This document shows, piece by piece, positions 36,166 to 43,088 of a stretch of 43,088 bases of DNA (its first letter is position 1; each line of letters begins with the position of its first letter). Under the pieces are notes generated by a model. It had not been told where the DNA came from, did not search any database, and saw only the letters and a program-made list of their open reading frames with translations. Made by a program: the position numbers and the translations under genes. The stretch is from a virus (lineage: Duplodnaviria > Caudoviricetes): positions 1 to 43,088 of IMG/VR virus record IMGVR_UViG_3300033067_000992. One strand, given 5' to 3'.

Positions 36166-37508
36166 TAGACGCGCTCTTCATCGTTCCTACGTCGCCCAAG
36201 TGGCCCCACAATATCGTTGAATGTTGCTGTTGACGGCGCGCCCACGATAAGCGTGCGCTCCGGTCGTTTTGCCGGCGGCGGCGGCGCCATCTCGCGCCAC
36301 GCCATCGCCAGATAGCGGAAAGCGTCCGCCGTGTGACTTGTCCAATCGTGCCGAGGCGCGTCCTTGAACGCCCGCGTCTTCTCATCGAAGTCGGCCCGGT
36401 ATTGCCGCAGCGCCTCGATCCCATCGGCGCACTTGAACCGGTCAAACCATACAATCGGCATGGTCAGCCGCGCGGCGTTGATGCCGTCGCCAATCTTGTG
36501 ATTGGGCACCAGCTTTGGCTTGCGCCCCAGCTCTTGCAGCGTCTCAATCCGCGTCCGGCCAGTGCCTAGCTCGCGCACCTTGGCGTCATGGGGAACCCAG
36601 TCGTCGCCCCAGCGGTATTTCAGCGCCGACAGCACTGCGGCGTAATGCGCCAGCCCGTGCCCATGCGCCTCGTAGTGGCCAATGACCCTGATCTCGCTGG
36701 CCACGACCTGGAACATCCAAATTGCCGTGCTGTCGCCTATGCCCAAATCCCAGGCCGTATGCACGGGTAGGTCTGGATTATAGGGCAGCTCGCAGACGCG
36801 GCCTTCTCGCTCGGCTTCCGCGATCTCTTTGCCGAAGTAGGCGCCGAGGATAGCCGCTTCGAAGCTGCATTCAAACTCTTGCTGATACTGCTCTGGCGTT
36901 GACGACCGCCTAGCGTCGTCAAGCTCCTCTTGCGGTAAGATGCCCGTCTCGGACGCGCGCAGTACGTCAAAAAACCAGCGCTCCGGGTCGCCCCTGGCCT
37001 CTTCGCACTTGTCGAAGAATTCGTTGTGGCCCTTGGGCGTGCCGATGAACGTTGCCCATCCGCCCCGATCAGCCAGCATTGGCCGGATGACCTCGCCCCA
37101 CACGCTTGGGCGCATGTCGGCATATTCATCGAGCACCACACCATCAAGGTAAGCGCCGCGAAGCCGGTCGGGGTTGTCCGCACCGTGAATACGGATGCGT
37201 GCGCCGTTCAGCAACTCAACCCAAAGCTCGCTCTCATTCTTGTCGGCGATGATCGGCTGAGCGAAGCGCTTCAGGTATTCCCACGCCACTTCCTTGGCCT
37301 GACTTAGGAACGGCGCGACGTAGGCGTAGCGACCGTGCGGCAACGTCAATTGGATGGCCCGCTTGATCTTATCGTTGATGCAGCCAACCGTCTTGCCGCA
37401 CCGGCGGTGCGCCACAATCGCCGCCCACCGCTGAGTGCGATTGTGATATGGGATAAAGACACCGCGCGGGCTGTACGGGAGAACTATCCGTCGCTGGGCG
37501 GCTGCCAC
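36165..37508 (-). CDS. terL: Terminase large subunit
   Basis: AHRRCGKT (Walker A), GVVLDE (Walker B), GTPKG, QEFECSF, AWDLG..DST and HDW.SH.ADAFRY. Confidence 0.96.
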   Translation of the reverse strand: MAAAQRRIVLPYSPRGVFIPYHNRTQRWAAIVAHRRCGKTVGCINDKIKRAIQLTLPHGRYAYVAPFLSQAKEVAWEYLKRFAQPIIADKNESELWVELLNGARIRIHGADNPDRLRGAYLDGVVLDEYADMRPSVWGEVIRPMLADRGGWATFIGTPKGHNEFFDKCEEARGDPERWFFDVLRASETGILPQEELDDARRSSTPEQYQQEFECSFEAAILGAYFGKEIAEAEREGRVCELPYNPDLPVHTAWDLGIGDSTAIWMFQVVASEIRVIGHYEAHGHGLAHYAAVLSALKYRWGDDWVPHDAKVRELGTGRTRIETLQELGRKPKLVPNHKIGDGINAARLTMPIVWFDRFKCADGIEALRQYRADFDEKTRAFKDAPRHDWTSHTADAFRYLAMAWREMAPPPPAKRPERTLIVGAPSTATFNDIVGPLGRRRNDEERV

Positions 37509-37939
37509 GTAACCACAAGCGCTCCGCCGCCCTGCCCGCTCAATTCATGCTCCCTGCGGTCGCGCCATTCATCGGGTCGGCGATTCTTCATCCAAAATAT
37601 CGCCGCCGTGGTATCCGGGGCGTGGTGCTCCACGTATTGCGCGTACACCGGCGTCTTAGCGCCAGCCGGCATGAAAATCTTGACCGCCTCAACCCGATAG
37701 CCAACCGCCCGCTCATACAGCGAGCGCTCTACTCGGTCGTCCGCCACCTCTTTGCCAGCCTTTAGGGCATGTAAAAACTCTTCGTGATCGTTCTTCCAAT
37801 TGTAGAGGGTGCGGACACTGACGCACAAAAGCTCCGCAAGCTCTTGGTCCGTAAAGCCAATCTGGCAAGCACGTCGCGCTATCTCGGCGAACTCTGGCTT
37901 GTAGGCGCTCGGCCGACCGTTGGGGTTAGGTTTTTTCAT
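37484..37939 (-). CDS. terS: Terminase small subunit
   Basis: GRPS.Y, TD.ELA....VS..TLYNWK..H.EF, VE.SLY.RA.GY and PDTTAAIFW.KNRRP..WRD. Confidence 0.92.
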   Translation of the reverse strand: MKKPNPNGRPSAYKPEFAEIARRACQIGFTDQELAELLCVSVRTLYNWKNDHEEFLHALKAGKEVADDRVERSLYERAVGYRVEAVKIFMPAGAKTPVYAQYVEHHAPDTTAAIFWMKNRRPDEWRDRREHELSGQGGGALVVTWQPPSDG

Positions 37940-38388
37940 TGGGGTTGCGCCTGGGGACACACGCGACCGTCCGCCAGGCGCTCGCCTGGGACGCAGCGTG
38001 TGGGTGGGTTGAGTTGTTGTGTCACCGCCCCCGTTATCGCCATCTCGTGTCCGTAGCTGGCGAAGTTTTGGGAATAGGTGGCCAGCCATATCGCGCCGGC
38101 CGCGAGCATCAGGGCCGCGCCTGTGATTAGGCCAACGGCTAGGCCCAGGTTGCGCGCCCCGTGCGCCACGGCTGCCTCGTGCTTGGCTGTGGGGCGGGTT
38201 TTAAGCTCGGCGCGGAGGTGGCCGATCTCGGTGGCCTCTTCCATTGAGCCCACGCCTAGGGTCTTACACCAGTCCGCCCGCTCCGCCACGCGGCCGGCCT
38301 TGATGGCGTTGGCGCGGATGGCGTCGTCGCGCTGCTTCAGCTTGGCGGTGGCGTTGAGCGCTTGCGGGAGGGGGGTGGGGTCGCTCAT
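37936..38388 (-). CDS. Hypothetical membrane-anchored protein
   Basis: 150 aa with one TM helix; 4-nt overlaps. Confidence 0.65.
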   Translation of the reverse strand: MSDPTPLPQALNATAKLKQRDDAIRANAIKAGRVAERADWCKTLGVGSMEEATEIGHLRAELKTRPTAKHEAAVAHGARNLGLAVGLITGAALMLAAGAIWLATYSQNFASYGHEMAITGAVTQQLNPPTRCVPGERLADGRVCPQAQPQ

Positions 38389-38744
38389 GAGGGCCGCTCG
38401 TCTGGCTGGCGCCCCTGGGACGCGACCACATGCGCCCACCCGCGCTCAAAGCAATGATCCGCCACGCGGCGCGCTTCGTCGACCGTCGCGCCGCCCGACA
38501 TTGCCTCTGTGCTGAGCATCGCGCAGCCGGTTATGATCACTTCCTCGCTGGGGCGAACAATGCCTTGATCATGACCCCATCGCATCCAAGCTTGGATTAC
38601 CGCCGTCAAAACATCGGCGCCGCTGATCGTTTCGGCTGGAAATTGCTCCGCCAAATCCATGCGCACAACGTCGAATATCACGGATAAGGCCGTGTCGCGA
38701 AGGTCTGAGTCAACCTTCTCTCCGCCAGGGGCAACGAGTGTCAT
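38385..38744 (-). CDS. Hypothetical protein
   Basis: 119 aa with 4-nt overlaps at both ends. Confidence 0.65.
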   Translation of the reverse strand: MTLVAPGGEKVDSDLRDTALSVIFDVVRMDLAEQFPAETISGADVLTAVIQAWMRWGHDQGIVRPSEEVIITGCAMLSTEAMSGGATVDEARRVADHCFERGWAHVVASQGRQPDERPS

Positions 38745-39082
38745 TCAGGCCAGATCAGCACAATGGGGACCACGGCCAGCGCTAGGCATACCAGCGCGCC
38801 TAGAGCGCCCCAGGTAAACGCCTCAGCGCGGGTCAAACTTGCACTGTAACGGGCGTTACGGGCCGGTGTTCGCCGCAGGCCATGACATCGGCGTTCGTGG
38901 GCCTGTTCGGCCAGTTGGGCGCGTTCGTCTAGAAGCGCTTGGTGGCGTTCGTTGGCGCGATCGAGCGAGATGCGGTCCGCTTCATGCACGGCGCCCGCGC
39001 ATTCGTCGATGACGGCGCGCGCCTGCTTGATCTCGCCGGCAAGGTCGATCGACCGTTGCCAAGTGGCGTTGGACAGGCTCAC
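38741..39082 (-). CDS. Hypothetical protein with C-terminal TM helix
   Basis: 113 aa; coiled coil then hydrophobic tail. Confidence 0.65.
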   Translation of the reverse strand: MSLSNATWQRSIDLAGEIKQARAVIDECAGAVHEADRISLDRANERHQALLDERAQLAEQAHERRCHGLRRTPARNARYSASLTRAEAFTWGALGALVCLALAVVPIVLIWPE

Positions 39083-39186
39083 CGCGAGCGGCCTGCTTTG
39101 GGAGCAACCTTGGGGGCGGCGCGCTTGGCGGCCTTCTTGGCGGCCTTGCGGCCATTTTTTCGCATTGTCGCAGTGAGTTTTGCCAT
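39079..39186 (-). CDS. 35-aa basic, histone-H1-like peptide
   Basis: MAKLTATMRKNGRKAAKKAAKRAAPKVAPKAGRSR; GAGAGGA RBS; GTGA overlap with the next gene. Confidence 0.7.
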   Translation of the reverse strand: MAKLTATMRKNGRKAAKKAAKRAAPKVAPKAGRSR

Positions 39187-39206
39187 GGTTTTTCCTCTCT
39201 GGTTGG

Positions 39207-39543
39207 TTCCAGCGGCCGGCGGAGCGGGAAAAGGGGCGGCTCCGGTTGAAACGGGCAGGATTTTGCCCTGAGCGGGATGCTCATGAATGCCGCCGGGCTT
39301 ACACCGCCGGTCGCTGGAATTGGGCGGAACGCGCCGTGCCCCCTCGTAACACGAGGCACGCATGGAGCCATCCTTACGCATCGGGCGAACCTTGGTTTGC
39401 CGATACGCGCGTTCCGCTTGGGTTTCGGCGGGCGAGCTGGACAGGTGCCTTGGGGTGAACCGTCTCTGTGAGGTTGAGACCCTGCCGCCGTCCGCCGAAC
39501 TGAAAAGGCGCGTCCGAGTGAGTTGGCTTGCCCCGGACGCGCC
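39207..39543. ncRNA. Putative multi-domain structured non-coding RNA (G-U pattern favours the plus strand)
   Basis: Four consecutive closed domains: 39207-22/39304-19, 39322-33/39408-19, 39424-34/39489-99 and 39507-16/39534-43; the first three contain nested hairpins. Confidence 0.7.
39503..39543 (-). terminator. Possible intrinsic terminator at the start of the late operon
   Basis: Perfect 10-bp GC stem ggcgcgtccg/cggacgcgcc followed by TTTT on the minus strand. Confidence 0.5.
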
Positions 39544-39585
39544 AAAGTGAGCTTGCCTGAACGTGGGGTGATTTGTGCCAGGGGG

Positions 39586-40584
39586 TCAAGCGGCATTTTG
39601 GGCCGCTTCAGGCTTGTAGGTCCGGGCGATCCATTGGCTCAACGCGAAGGGGATTTTGGCAATCTTGGCGCTGGCGGCTTTGCGGGCGGGGGATTTGCTG
39701 GACGTGACGCAGTGGTTGGCGTCAAACCATTCCGCGCCCGCGCCCTTGCGCCCTTCGCGCTTGGATTGCCCGCCCTGCCTTGAGGGGCTTGACGGATCAG
39801 AAAACCAATCGCCACCGTGTTTTCGCGCTTCGCGCAGCTCAATGCTGGTGAACCGCGCGCCTTCGCCGGGCGCGGTGCGGCGGTTATTGCGATCCGCTAT
39901 CGTGTTGAAGCCTTGCCCCGGAACGTGGCGGGGATCGTCGGGATGATACCACTTCAGGCCGCCAACCTTCACGCCCTCTCTGGCGCCGCGATCTTTACTG
40001 TCCGCAATCGCAAACCACGATCCGGTCCCGTGCGCTGTGCCGTCCGGGTTGAACTTTTGCGCTTGCAGCGTGTGCGGCATCAGCGCCGGCACATCGCCCC
40101 AAAGGTAATAGCTCCCGAAATTCCACTTTGCCCGCCCCACCCACGGAACCGCGCCGCGCACGTTCTCAACCACCAGCGGGATATGGCGCCCCGCCGCCGC
40201 GCTGGCCTCGCGCTGGATGCGGAAACAGGCGTTGAATAGCGCCGTTAGCTCCGCAATGGTACGCGAGCCTGTGTAGCCTACGGGGAAGTCACCCCGACCC
40301 CTCAGCGCCGCCGCGATTCGCTTCCCCCGCGTCCACGGCATCGCCATGTAGCTAAATTCCTGGCAGGGAGGAGAGGCGACGATTAGGGCCGCATCCTTGA
40401 ACGCCGCGCCGTCCAACGTCAGCACGTCTTGCAGCACCAGCGTCGCGGGGTATTTTTCCTCGCCGTATTCGTGCGCCTCAATATCGTAGCCGGTCACGGC
40501 GTAGCCTTCGGCCAATAGCCCTTCCGTCCAGCCACCTAACCCGGCGAAAAGGTCAATGGCGATCGGGCGCTCACCGCCGCGCAT
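39586..40584 (-). CDS. Orphan DNA (cytosine-5) methyltransferase
   Basis: IDLFAGLGG (motif I), SPPCQEFS (IV), VENVRG (VI) and a C-terminal AKIPFALS helix. Confidence 0.88.
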   Translation of the reverse strand: MRGGERPIAIDLFAGLGGWTEGLLAEGYAVTGYDIEAHEYGEEKYPATLVLQDVLTLDGAAFKDAALIVASPPCQEFSYMAMPWTRGKRIAAALRGRGDFPVGYTGSRTIAELTALFNACFRIQREASAAAGRHIPLVVENVRGAVPWVGRAKWNFGSYYLWGDVPALMPHTLQAQKFNPDGTAHGTGSWFAIADSKDRGAREGVKVGGLKWYHPDDPRHVPGQGFNTIADRNNRRTAPGEGARFTSIELREARKHGGDWFSDPSSPSRQGGQSKREGRKGAGAEWFDANHCVTSSKSPARKAASAKIAKIPFALSQWIARTYKPEAAQNAA

Positions 40585-41101
40585 TGTGCCGCTCCAGGCC
40601 CCGGTCGCAATCGTAGTAGTATCCAGCCATCGCCATGAGCACGAGGCGCGTAAACGGCTTGGCGGGGCGGGTGTCTGGGATCGGCTCGCGGCCCGGCCCC
40701 ATCTTGCGCCATACGCCCATGCCGACGGCGATCTCTGGCAGCGTGTGTAGCTGGACGATCCATTCGACGCACCGCGCCGCCAGCGTGGCGTTGGTGCGGG
40801 TCCAGGCGGCTTGGCGCAGCCCTTCCAGGGCGCGCACAGCGCTGACCTTGGCGGCGAGGCCGTAATCGGTTGAGCCTCCGTCCACGGGGATGTCATCGAA
40901 TTGGCGGGACATGCCGTCGAACGCCGCCGCGCAGTCGCGCACGGCGCGGCATCCGGCCAGCCACTCCTCTTCGCTGATCTCGCCCTTGAGCGCCTTCACG
41001 CACCACGCCTTGCGCGGGGCTTGCTTGCCCTCAATTAGCTCGTTGCCTTGCTCGCGGACCCGCTCCCATTCCAGATCGTAGGCCCGCTGCAGAATGCTCA
41101 T
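40571..41101 (-). CDS. DUF6456-like putative late transcription regulator
   Basis: L.G.IS...W.AG....D...VDGG pattern and late HTH-like segment; occupies the Q position before the late operon. Confidence 0.55.
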   Translation of the reverse strand: MSILQRAYDLEWERVREQGNELIEGKQAPRKAWCVKALKGEISEEEWLAGCRAVRDCAAAFDGMSRQFDDIPVDGGSTDYGLAAKVSAVRALEGLRQAAWTRTNATLAARCVEWIVQLHTLPEIAVGMGVWRKMGPGREPIPDTRPAKPFTRLVLMAMAGYYYDCDRGLERHNARR

Positions 41102-41511
41102 CGTGTTTGCCCCCTCAACGGCACGCCCAACGATCTCAACGCGGCAACGGCCTGGTCGAAGTCGTTGCATACCAGCGTAGGGATGCCACATGCGCCGAGT
41201 TGTTCAATCACGCTTTTCTGAGCATCGCTAACGCGCGGCTTGGCTTTCGAGCCGGGCTTGGGCGGGGCCTTTAGCTCGATGGCGATGACCTTAGCCGCAA
41301 TCCCTGGCCCGCCCAAAACCGGCCCATCGTGATGCCCGCATAGGATCAAATCCGGCATCCCCGCCAGCACGCCCATCGCCTTCAACACGCCGGCCTCAGC
41401 CTTACTCCGTCCGCCGCCGTTGGGGATGTGAAACACCATCCACGGCGGCGGCAAGGCAAGGCGCAGGAACGCCACAAGCTGGCGCTGGAGCGCTTCCTCG
41501 GGGCGGTTCAC
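41098..41511 (-). CDS. VRR-NUC domain nuclease
   Basis: E..LQ, FHIPNGG.R...EA..LK.MGVLAG.PDL, IELK and S.AQ motifs. Confidence 0.9.
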   Translation of the reverse strand: MNRPEEALQRQLVAFLRLALPPPWMVFHIPNGGGRSKAEAGVLKAMGVLAGMPDLILCGHHDGPVLGGPGIAAKVIAIELKAPPKPGSKAKPRVSDAQKSVIEQLGACGIPTLVCNDFDQAVAALRSLGVPLRGQTR

Positions 41512-41657
41512 CCTAGCCAACCAATCCAGCGGGCGACGATCACGCACACAACGACAAAAACAAATCGCCCGAAGGTTTCTGCGACGAACAAGACCGACTT
41601 CATCAACGTACTAGACACGCTCACTTCGCCCACACGCGCAGCTTGTTTGTAAGCCAT
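41508..41657 (-). CDS. Small membrane peptide (49 aa)
   Basis: Manual translation ends FGRFVFVVVCVIVARWIGWLG; TAATG and GTGA overlaps. Confidence 0.5.
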   Translation of the reverse strand: MAYKQAARVGEVSVSSTLMKSVLFVAETFGRFVFVVVCVIVARWIGWLG

Positions 41658-42007
41658 TAATCGGCCACCCGGCGCACTTGCTCCGCGAACGGATCGTATT
41701 CGCGGGCGATGCGAAATTCGTAAAACTGATCCGGCAAGTCAAAGCTCTCATGCGGCGTCGGCGCGTCTTGAATCAGTGCGCGCGGGAAGATGGCATAGAA
41801 AATCGCCATGCCGTTTGGCGCATCTTCGCGTTCCAGCACTTCGCCGTCCGTCACCACATGGTGGTGCCCGCTCTCGCTATGGCTGATGATGACTTGGCCA
41901 CGCGCGTTGCGATCGGTCGCGGGCTTGGTTTTGACGTTCGTGGGGATGGCGTCGATCTTGATGATCGTCACCTCGCCTTGCGCACCGATGATGGTTTTCA
42001 TTTTCAT
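41657..42007 (-). CDS. Conserved partner of DUF6745 proteins
   Basis: AQGEV, HSESGHHH, H....LP...Y....REYDP.....R.V.D; ATGA-coupled to the upstream gene. Confidence 0.75.
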   Translation of the reverse strand: MKMKTIIGAQGEVTIIKIDAIPTNVKTKPATDRNARGQVIISHSESGHHHVVTDGEVLEREDAPNGMAIFYAIFPRALIQDAPTPHESFDLPDQFYEFRIAREYDPFAEQVRRVAD

Positions 42008-43088
42008 GTTCTCCGTGGGGGGTGAGCATATTCGCTCTGTGGATCGCCAATGCGCCATGCCTGCGCGGAGATGGCGGTCTCGATGGGGAGATTGTCAATG
42101 TCGCTGATGCGCGGCACGCCTTCGACAATCAGGCCGTTGCGCGGGCATCGCGCTTTGAGGAATCGGCCTGGCTCGGGAAGGCCGGGAAGCGTCAACTCAA
42201 TCAGTTGGCCCACGTCTTCGCTGCCGCTGTCGTGGATCACTTTGGCTTCCAGCACATCCAGCATTTTGGCCCAACCGACAATGGCGGCGCCGGCGGCGCG
42301 CTGCTCTACGTTTTTGCAAGCGATCACTTCACGCGGATCTAGCGTGGCACGCCCCTCAATCCAATGGGCAGGCACTCTAGTCCCATGCCATGAATAGAGC
42401 GCGAATGAATCGACATAGCGCATGGCGGGTCCATTTTCGCTATGCAGCCTCCCGCCCTCATCGAGATTGAGAACATCCGGTCGGTCGCAGATAATTGCGA
42501 GCTTTTCGTAGAGGTATACCCAACCACACGATCGCACCAGCACCAAGTGAGCATCCAGGGCCGCTTCGTTTTCTCGCGGCCTCCACCCCACTCGTCTGCC
42601 GCAATCCAACCATTGCCATAGGTAATCCCATTGGCCGTAAAACCATGTGCCATACACACTAAGTCGATTGGCCCCGAGATTGGCCTCGAGATAGGCCCTG
42701 AGATAGGCCCAGAGATTGGCCCAGAGATTGGCCCTGAGATTGGCCCCGAGATTGGCCTCGAGATTGGCCCTGAGATTGGCCCAGAGATGGTCCCAGAGAT
42801 TGGCCCTGAGATGGTCCCAGAGATTGGCCTCGAGATTGGCCTCGAGATTGGCCCCGAGATTGGCCCCGAGATTGGCCCCGAGATTGGCCCCGAGATTGGC
42901 CCCGAGATTGGCCCTGAGATGGTCCCAGAGATTGGCCTCGAGATTGGCCTCGAGATTGGCCCCGAGATTGGCCCCGAGATTGGCCCCGAGATTGGCCCCG
43001 AGATTGGCCCCGAGATTGGCCCTGAGATGGTCCCAGAGATTGGCCTCGAGATTGGCCTCGAGATTGGCCCCGAGATTGGCCCCGAGAT
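42004..43088 (-). CDS. C-terminal part of DUF6745-like protein (begins at 328)
   Basis: The frame stays open through the repeat into GQWD..W, CGW...Y....IICDRP......GRLH.ENGPA..Y.D.F.LY.WHG.RVP and N.EQR.A......GW. Confidence 0.85.
   Translation of the reverse strand, partial: LGANLGANLEANLEANLWDHLRANLGANLGANLGANLGANLGANLEANLEANLWDHLRANLGANLGANLGANLGANLGANLEANLEANLWDHLRANLWDHLWANLRANLEANLGANLRANLWANLWAYLRAYLEANLGANRLSVYGTWFYGQWDYLWQWLDCGRRVGWRPRENEAALDAHLVLVRSCGWVYLYEKLAIICDRPDVLNLDEGGRLHSENGPAMRYVDSFALYSWHGTRVPAHWIEGRATLDPREVIACKNVEQRAAGAAIVGWAKMLDVLEAKVIHDSGSEDVGQLIELTLPGLPEPGRFLKARCPRNGLIVEGVPRISDIDNLPIETAISAQAWRIGDPQSEYAHPPRRT
42666..43088. repeat. 12-bp tandem repeat (~35 units) with a 108-bp higher-order period
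   Basis: GAGATTGGCCCC variants; the block starting gccctgagatggtccc recurs at 42803, 42911 and 43019. Confidence 0.95.

Larger units (their letters stand above)
1..43088. mobile_element. Probably complete, circularly permuted alphaproteobacterial tailed phage genome with podovirus-like morphogenesis module
   Basis: Terminase, portal, capsid, adaptor/nozzle, ejection, tail fibre, spanin and replication genes are present with no host housekeeping genes. Both ends lie in the same 12-bp repeat and one ORF reads in frame across the junction. The GcrA homolog points to an alphaproteobacterial host. Confidence 0.9.

Noticed and set aside
15068-38515. Many long plus-strand ORFs opposite structural genes (for example 15068..15970, 21753..22634, 29660..30550)
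   Set aside because: Expected antisense shadows in high-GC coding DNA; no RBS or motif support.
39322-39419. tRNA gene in the cloverleaf-like domain
   Set aside because: No T-loop TTCRA or D-loop consensus, the closing stem is too long and arm sizes do not fit.
40585-40896. N-terminal extension of the C5 MTase in the ORF track
   Set aside because: It overlaps the DUF6456-like gene; motif I lies right after the ATG at 40584.
42666-43088. Terminal repeats as a CRISPR array, telomere or phage direct terminal repeat
   Set aside because: The units are contiguous 12-mers with no spacers, keep an open coding frame and sit inside a protein gene.

Overview
The window is most likely the whole, or nearly whole, genome of a GC-rich ~43 kb alphaproteobacterial tailed phage with podovirus-type morphogenesis genes. 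It is linearised inside a 12-bp tandem repeat: one minus-strand gene (DUF6745-like) starts near 328, runs off position 1 and continues in frame from 43088 to 42004. Most genes are on the minus strand. Early/middle genes: Cro-like HTH, N6/N4 DNA methyltransferase, GcrA homolog, HTH replication initiator with palindromic iterons, DUF6745 plus partner, VRR-NUC, DUF6456-like late regulator and C5 methyltransferase. A ~340-nt highly structured non-coding region follows. Late genes: terminase, portal, accessory virion genes, scaffold, capsid, a Maf/DUF115-methyltransferase fusion, tail adaptor and nozzle, ejection proteins (one with an ADP-ribosyltransferase-like domain), tail fibre, holin and spanins. 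A short plus-strand early operon encodes a pentapeptide-repeat protein, ERF and NinB. I could not recognise an integrase, CI repressor or endolysin. The best candidates for new biology are the multi-domain RNA at 39.2-39.5 kb, a lysis region with a chain of membrane proteins but no visible endolysin, an RHH/operator/4-TM/lipoprotein cassette, the Maf-MTase fusion and the repeat-bearing DUF6745 module. All family names come from motif recognition by eye; no database searches were run.
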